The notes under the pieces are model-generated. The model saw only the letters and a list, made by a program, of their open reading frames with translations. It searched no databases and was not told where the DNA came from. Position numbers and translations under genes: made by a program. Of a stretch of 64,000 nt of DNA, positions 56,224 to 64,000 are shown piece after piece; position 1 is the first letter of the stretch, and each line of letters begins with the position of its first letter. The stretch is from the human T2T-CHM13v2.0 reference genome, Homo sapiens. The stretch is taken from NCBI RefSeq assembly GCF_009914755.1, contig NC_060929.1; one strand, 5' to 3'.

Positions 56224-57075
56224 ATTCTTATTTTCCATTTTAAGTGATCAACAATTAGGTTCTTTCTGTCATGAAGCTTTGACAACCAGCTCTTCCAGTT
56301 GGCTACCAGTTTAGGCATATATAATGCTACCGGAGAGTTTCCTTCCTAAACTGGCATTTTATTCAATAATGCATAATACTGAAATTGAGCTCTCTGTCTT
56401 CAAAGAGTTTTGCAACTTTACACCTCATTAGGCTGAGCAGTGCTTGAGCTCGTGCTTTATGGATTGGACCCCAGCAAGGTTAAACAATTTGCCTCAGGCT
56501 AAAACCTGCTTTGCTCTAAACAAAGTACTTTGTCTTTTTTAATGAATCAGAAAAATATAATGAATAAAAAATGTGGTTCCCTAACAACTATGTTTTCAGT
56601 AATTTGATTCCAAGTCATTTCCATATGCCTTTTAAGGCCATATTTGGGGTTCTTCCTAGTCTTCTGATATCATTTCACAGTCCTTCTCCCCTCCTCTCTC
56701 CCTCCTCCTCTTTTCCTTTACCCTCTTTGGCTTCTGGGATACTCTAGCTGCCAAGGGTCAACTACCATGCCCTTAGCCTGACAGCAACCCTTGTCCCTCT
56801 CCCTCAGGGACCCACTTTCAGATAAGCATATTGCTGTTAAAAGATGGGGAAGGCTTAAGCTCAAGTTCCTAGGTGTGGTGGAAACCACAGAATAAGTTAG
56901 TGTATCTTTTGGCCTATGTAGTAGTGGACAAATATGGGTATTTTGCAAAATGCAAAATACCAGGACAGGTTAAAGTCTGAAATTCTACCTGTGGCAGACT
57001 GCTTAGGATTTCTTCTTCATATTTTTCTCCCCCATTAGAAATAGGAAAGTCTGAGAAGAACTGACATAACAGGGT

Positions 57076-57439
<364 letters not shown>

Positions 57440-58226
57440 CTAAGGGCTGGTGGCATCAGTCTTTAAGTATTGTTATTTTATTGCTCCTTTGAACAAAGAT
57501 TTTTTTTCCTGGAGACTGTTTTGGGTGAAAAAAATAGAGGGAATTTGGGAACATCCCTTTCCCTGGATTATGAACATCCAACAGGCAGCAGCCTTACCAA
57601 AGTAAGAGCAGAGTAACTCTTTTCTTATTATTTAACAAATAAAAGTAATAAGCAAGGAAATCTATGACACTTGAAACTAGGATTAAAAAGAAAAATCTAG
57701 CATGTGTTCAAAGATACCGCTTCTTTTCATATGATTTCACATCGAATGTGTTGAATCCCTTGAAGGAGAATTGAAGTGGGTAAAACGAAATAATAGCTGA
57801 GCCACAGTGATTTAGATTTTGCTTTAACCTGTCCACATCTGGGGCATGTGCATACCCCCTTAAGCCCCAAGAACACTTTAGCCCAGCAACCGCATTTGGA
57901 GAAGAGGTTGGGTACCATGTATGGAACATGCTTGTGAAATGCACCCACTATAGGAGAGCAAAGAGCTCAGAAGCTGACATCACAAAACCTGGCCTTGAAA
58001 GCCAGCTCCATCACTTCCTAACTTCCCTAAGCCTCAATTCCTCAGCTATAAAACAGAGACAATAATACTTTATTCATGAAATATTTCTAGCTCTTCTTTT
58101 GGGCACATGGTTGTATTGCATTTTCCTATCCCTTTATAGGCAGGCATGGCACATGACTTGCTTTGTGTAATAAAATGTGAGCACATGAGCACAAATGACA
58201 TGTGTCATTTCCTTGTGGAATCTTTA

Positions 58227-58386
<160 letters not shown>

Positions 58387-59769
58387 AGAAATAGTCCACA
58401 ATTTCATATTATTTTCTATCTGTCTGCCATAGCAACCTGAAACATTTCAGATAACAGTTACTCTGTCAGTCTAGGGCCCAAAGGTAAGATGACCTGGATT
58501 TATATAGTGGATATGTAATACAAGTAAGGCATATATTCTTGTTTTCTTTCTTTTTTTTAAAGCCGGGAGATTTAGGGGTTGTTTGTTATTGGAGCATAAC
58601 CTCATCCATCCTGACTAATATATTTCTTCATGGAGCTGGAGGAAGATTAAATAATGTACCTAATAGGTAATGTGCATGGCACATGGCAAGTGCTAAGTAA
58701 ATGTTTGTTCTTTCCCCTCTTACCAAATTTCTCTGCTCCATGATTTTTCCCAGCCCACACTTACCAGCCCTGAGCTTTGCTACCCTTCAGAAAGTTGTTT
58801 TCAATTTGAGAAGAATGAGAATGAACTTTGTTTTAAGACCTTTAAAAGTATTCCCTAATACCATTTAAGAAAATGGGAGAGCCCCTGAATGGAGCAAAGT
58901 TGGGAATTCCCACCATGGGAAGAGAACCTTCTCTCTGAAATTTACAAGAAGAAAAGAGCTAAGGGTCTTCTCAAGGGAATCAGCCAGAAAGTAAAACCCA
59001 TGACCTCTGAAAATTTCCAACCACAGATAATGCTCCACAATGCAGCAGCATCATGCTGCTATCACTTAACTGGAATCAGGATACAGGCATCTCATGGGGA
59101 CACATTTCTGACTCTTTTCTAGCAGGTTATCTGTCTGGAGGGAGCTGCAGTCCTTGATCTGCTTAGTACCAGCTTTTCTGACATTTCAGCAGGAATGATG
59201 AAGAGGTTAGAGCTTGAGCTTGAGCTTCCTCCTTGCTGACTCCTTAAGACTCCCTTCCCTTCCTCCACAAGTTCCAGGCTTCAAGAGTAGCTTCAAGGGT
59301 CAGAGAAGGGAAGTCAACAGGGTCAATGTTGCTGCTTTGGCCAAATCACTTAATCATTTAATAACCTAGTCAATTAGGCCATCAACATAATACCTTTTTG
59401 GAGTGTTTACATCTACTGTGGAGATAAAAGCTCCTACCTAAAATTACTCTAGAAAACCACGTCTTTTGAGTTTTACTCAAAGGGTAAATCATAATTGATC
59501 AATTTAGAAGGTAAATTTTGAAAATTTTGAGAATAAGGGAAGGAAAAAGGAATGGAAAACAGATGAGATAGAGCTGAATAAAGCCTCCACTTTTGAAGTC
59601 AGGTCCAGAAATGAGAAGCAAGCAGGAAAGCTCCCCTGGGAGAGGAGACATGCTGAAAGATGGCAAGGTACCAAGGAGAGCATTCATTCATGAGATTTGT
59701 ACTTAGCTTTCGTGGAGGCATGGGCACTGTGCTGGGCATGGAGGGACAATGGCAAGAAGACAGTGGTGG

Positions 59770-59984
59770 CCCTGGCCTTCTCAATGGGGGCAATGGCATT
59801 GCTATTTGGGGTCTATTTTTCGTCATGCCAGACTGTTGTGTGCTTTGCAGAATTTTAACATCCCTGCCCACCCCCAGCTACCAGATGCCAAAAGTGCCCC
59901 TTAGTAATTGTGATAACCAGAAAGATCCTCCCTATTTCCAAATGCCTCTGTAGGCATTAGACTGCCCCCAGTTGAGAACTACTG
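59770..59984. mobile_element. MER20-like DNA transposon relic
   Basis: ttctcaatggggg...ccaaatgcctctg...cccccagttgagaactactg. Confidence 0.7.
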
Positions 59985-60609
59985 AACTTGAGCATGATAG
60001 TTGCTGTAAGTAACATAGTACACAGCTCTCAGAGGAGTGCAAAGAACCCCAGCAGTGGTAGGAGCCAAAAAGAAGCCTGCCCTGAGACCCCCTTCTCCCT
60101 GATGGCATGTGCTGTCTACATCTTTCCCTGACCTGTGGACTCTGAGTCCGAAGAAGACAGGGTCAGCTCTGAGCTGCTGTGGAGATCTCAAAAGTCACTG
60201 GATTTAATGGAGTGGTTTAGGGAGTGCATATAATTATTTGAAGAAATAAGGAGAAACTATATGGGGTAGGGATTGGTTAGAAAGAACTCCTAGACATTCC
60301 TTGATAGTATGCAAGTTGGCCTAGTACAAGTTAATAGATGTAGAGCTGGCCCACAGCCCCACAAAAGGGGTGTACGTGGCCAAAGACACATCATTGCAGA
60401 ATTCATGTTATCTGACAACTTTGGGAACCTGGCACACAGTTTTGTCCACTCTAAGCCCTCTTCCTCATTTTTAGGTTGCATGTGATTATTTGGGAGAAGA
60501 AGAAGGATGATGAGAAAAAGGGAAACTAACAATTATTGAGCACCTAGCATGGCCAGCCAAAGTACTAAGTATGTCCAAGTATGTTATTAATATATCACAG
60601 ATACACTGA

Positions 60610-60830
60610 GTGATTTGTGAGAAGGAGCAGAAGCTTGGGAGTCAGGCACCCCCGGGTTTGAATTCTAGAACTGTGGCAAGTTACTTAATCTCTAAGCCAC
60701 AGTTTCCTCCTGTGGAAAATGGGGATAAAAAACACTAATAACCCAACTTGCCTGGTTATTATAAGATTTCATAAAATAATAAATTAAAGCACCTGATACC
60801 AGAAAAAGACACTTAATAAATGGCAATTAT
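60610..60830 (+). mobile_element. MIR
   Basis: ggagtcagg...gggtttgaattc...ggcaagttacttaatctctaagccacagtttcctcctgtggaaaatgggg. Confidence 0.8.
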
Positions 60831-62855
60831 ACTAGTATTTGGTTTTCCTAACAACACTGGTAAGAAGGTATTCTCATGGTTCTACAGAGAAAGGAGGAAG
60901 ACCTGAGACAAGATTAGGGCTGGGGATCTAAAAATATAGTAAAGAAAATCAATCATTTTATTTCAAGTTTCTTATTTATTTACTCAAGGTCCCTTCACCT
61001 GGGCTTTTTGAGGAAGAATTCCAGCAGTTGCTGTGACTCTGAATATTGAATATTGGCCCTGGAGAGCCCAGCTCTACTCTGTACTGGCCAAAACCCCTGG
61101 GATGGTGGTGGTGGAGGAGTGTTCTAGGTCAAACATATGGACAGGAACAAATTAGAGAGTGTGCAAAGCAACGTGACCTACTAGTGAGGAGACATAAAAC
61201 CATACCTTACTTAGATGGCTGGAGTTCCCTAGTATGTTAATAAGGAAGTGTGTTGGAGACCTGGGTTCTTGATAGCTTATGTTTAAATACTTCAAAGAGC
61301 TTACACTTGAAATAACTTGATTTGTTTCATTTGATCCCAGTGGGTAGACATGGGGCCAGTGAATATAGGTGACAGGGAAGCGTATTAATGTCCCTTATTG
61401 TAACTATGCCTAGAAAATTCTGTAAGGCAGAAAATGGGTCTTACTTTAGTGCCTGTAGCATCAGCACAGGGCCTCCCCAACATGGAGTGCCAAGGAGCAC
61501 TAGCTGCTATCATCACTATGACCTGTCATCTGATTATTGCCTAGTCTTGGAAAAAGCAGTGGAGTCTGAGAAACTAATTTTTTCTTCATTGGCCCATGTG
61601 CGAAATACCTTTGTTAAACAATAAACAAACAAACAACAACAACAACAACAAAAACCAACCATGTCAGCCAGTGCTGAAACTCAGGACAGCTCATCTTTTA
61701 AAGTCAAGCAATAGGTTCTTTTCTCCTATCTTCAAAACCTCACAAAAACAAAGCAAAAGCAAAAACAACTGTTTCTATAAGGCTAGAAGGTTGTTTATGT
61801 AGTAAACCAAATAGCTATCCCTGAGATGATCTGAAAGCAAAATTTTAAGCTAGCTAAACATTGAGCCTGCTATGAAAGTTCATTCTAACTTCCTTTGACC
61901 TTCTTACAGCTGTGGTCCTCAGCATTCTGGTTTGTGGCAAGAAAGCATCGCTTCTCTTCTCCCATTTAGAGGGTCTAATGGCCTTATTTCCTCTGATGGT
62001 TTTTAATGAGGAATAAAGCCTTTACTTCACATCAGTTCCAAGCCCAAATTCTTCCCGCCTGATCCCTTAAATGCATGTTGTGATACATCTAGCAGATAAA
62101 GCTGATAAACCTGTAAAGTCTGCTGGGCCAGAAAATATAGAAACATCATCAGCTCTCTAGCTTGAGCTCACCAAAATGAATATTCCCCAAATGTAGCCTC
62201 TGCACAAAAGCAACTGTCTTAATTGCCTGCCTGTGACCAAGGAAATGTAACTAGAAAATTATATATATAGAACTGCCCTTATTCCTACTTCACATTTTCA
62301 TTTACTCACTAATGCATTCCAAAAATGTCTATTGAGCCCCAACTATGTGTCAAAAACAGTCTCAAGTATTCAGCAACAATCACGTTTGCTGAGTATTTCC
62401 TATGTGACAAGAATGTGCTAAAGACATCATAGGCATTAACTCATGTGATCATCACAGCACCCTCTGAGGTAGGTATTGCTGTTCTCCTTATCTTGTCAAT
62501 GAGGAAACTAGGACACAAATAAGTTAAGCAAATTTCCCAAGGTCACACAGATAATAAAGGAAAGAATTAGAAGTTTTTTGGGAGATAGTTGTTAGATGAA
62601 GGAAGAAATTTAACAATGATGATCAATACTTCCAAGCATTTTCTAGACTTTGATCAAGTATGCAAACCTATTATAGGTAGCAATTGAAGAATAAAAATGT
62701 TCTTTGCTGTCAGAAGACCTAGATTCTTCAAAACACACCTTCTGCAACTTGTTAGTGAGCCCTAGCTTTGGTCTACTTCAGCGGATTCCAGACTTCTCAG
62801 ATCAAGGACCTCCTGTAAGTTTAAAAAATAAACCCATTTTGCACATTACTAATAA

Positions 62856-63226
<371 letters not shown>

Positions 63227-64000
63227 TTAAAATTTATATTTAATCAATGAATGAGTTAATTACTGTAACATAACCGTAACATAACATATACTATAACATA
63301 TGACTAAATACTAGTCAGTCCAAAAACATTAAGCACTTGACATCTACATACAGACTTTTTGCAATAACTCTACATTACCCTGAAGATCCGTGGAGCTATA
63401 GGACTTCAGCCGAATCCTTTACTCTGTCTGAGCTGTAGTTTCCTCATCTCTAAAGTAGGGATAATAAGAGCTGTTATTTCTTCAAAGTATCTGAGAGAAT
63501 TAATGTGAGACCAGCAAGAATTTGGAGGGCCTCTTGTCCTAGAAAGTACAAACATCATTTAAAATACAGTTCCTGACAAATACAGTTCTGATGCAGTTAA
63601 GAAGAGCAGACAGACATGAAAGAATTATTAAGCAGAGCAACCACTAAACTGAACTGTGCCTTCTAGAATCCAGTTCTAAAATGTGATCTGATCATGAAAA
63701 GGAGTCTGCTATCACCTTATACACACAGGGGAAATTCAGCTCCTTTAAAAGCTGTCAGAGATTTTTTTTTTTTTTTTTTGGTGTCAGGAGGGCTACTATC
63801 CATGACTGAGACACTTGAAGTGACAGGGATTCACAGATAATTGTCTGGATTTAGATAAAACCCTTGCTTCTGCACTGAGACTGAAGTTGGGAAACAGGGG
63901 CGTGCACATATCATGGTAATTAGAGGTGTTTGGTTTGGTTTCGTTTGATTTGAAGCAGCAACTCATTTTTGTCGAATGACTACTATGGCAAGGAGGTTAT

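Overview
This is primate, almost certainly human, genomic DNA, rich in Alu, MIR, L2, L1, MaLR and MER elements. It holds the whole coding sequence of ZNF366 (DC-SCRIPT), an 11-C2H2-finger transcriptional co-repressor, on the minus strand. Four coding exons (30662-29331, 25761-25570, 16580-16406, 13452-12917) join through canonical GT-AG introns into 2235 nt, which is 744 aa plus stop. A long Alu-containing 3' UTR probably runs to about 9065. The first coding exon starts with a splice acceptor, so a non-coding exon 1 lies upstream; I cannot find it in 30677-64000, which looks like repeat-rich intron 1. Positions 1-9000 are intergenic, with nested L1/MST and ERVL/MLT1/LTR16 relics. I found no credible novel gene or system. 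The most notable observations are: (i) a ~330-bp local non-transposon duplication with a near-identical 68-bp core; (ii) two predicted routes (intronic polyadenylation, exon-2 circularisation) to a 7-finger ZNF366 lacking its CtBP and LxxLL motifs; (iii) a very young AluYa-type insertion; (iv) PU.1/IRF composite motifs. Repeat family names and boundaries are by-eye estimates.
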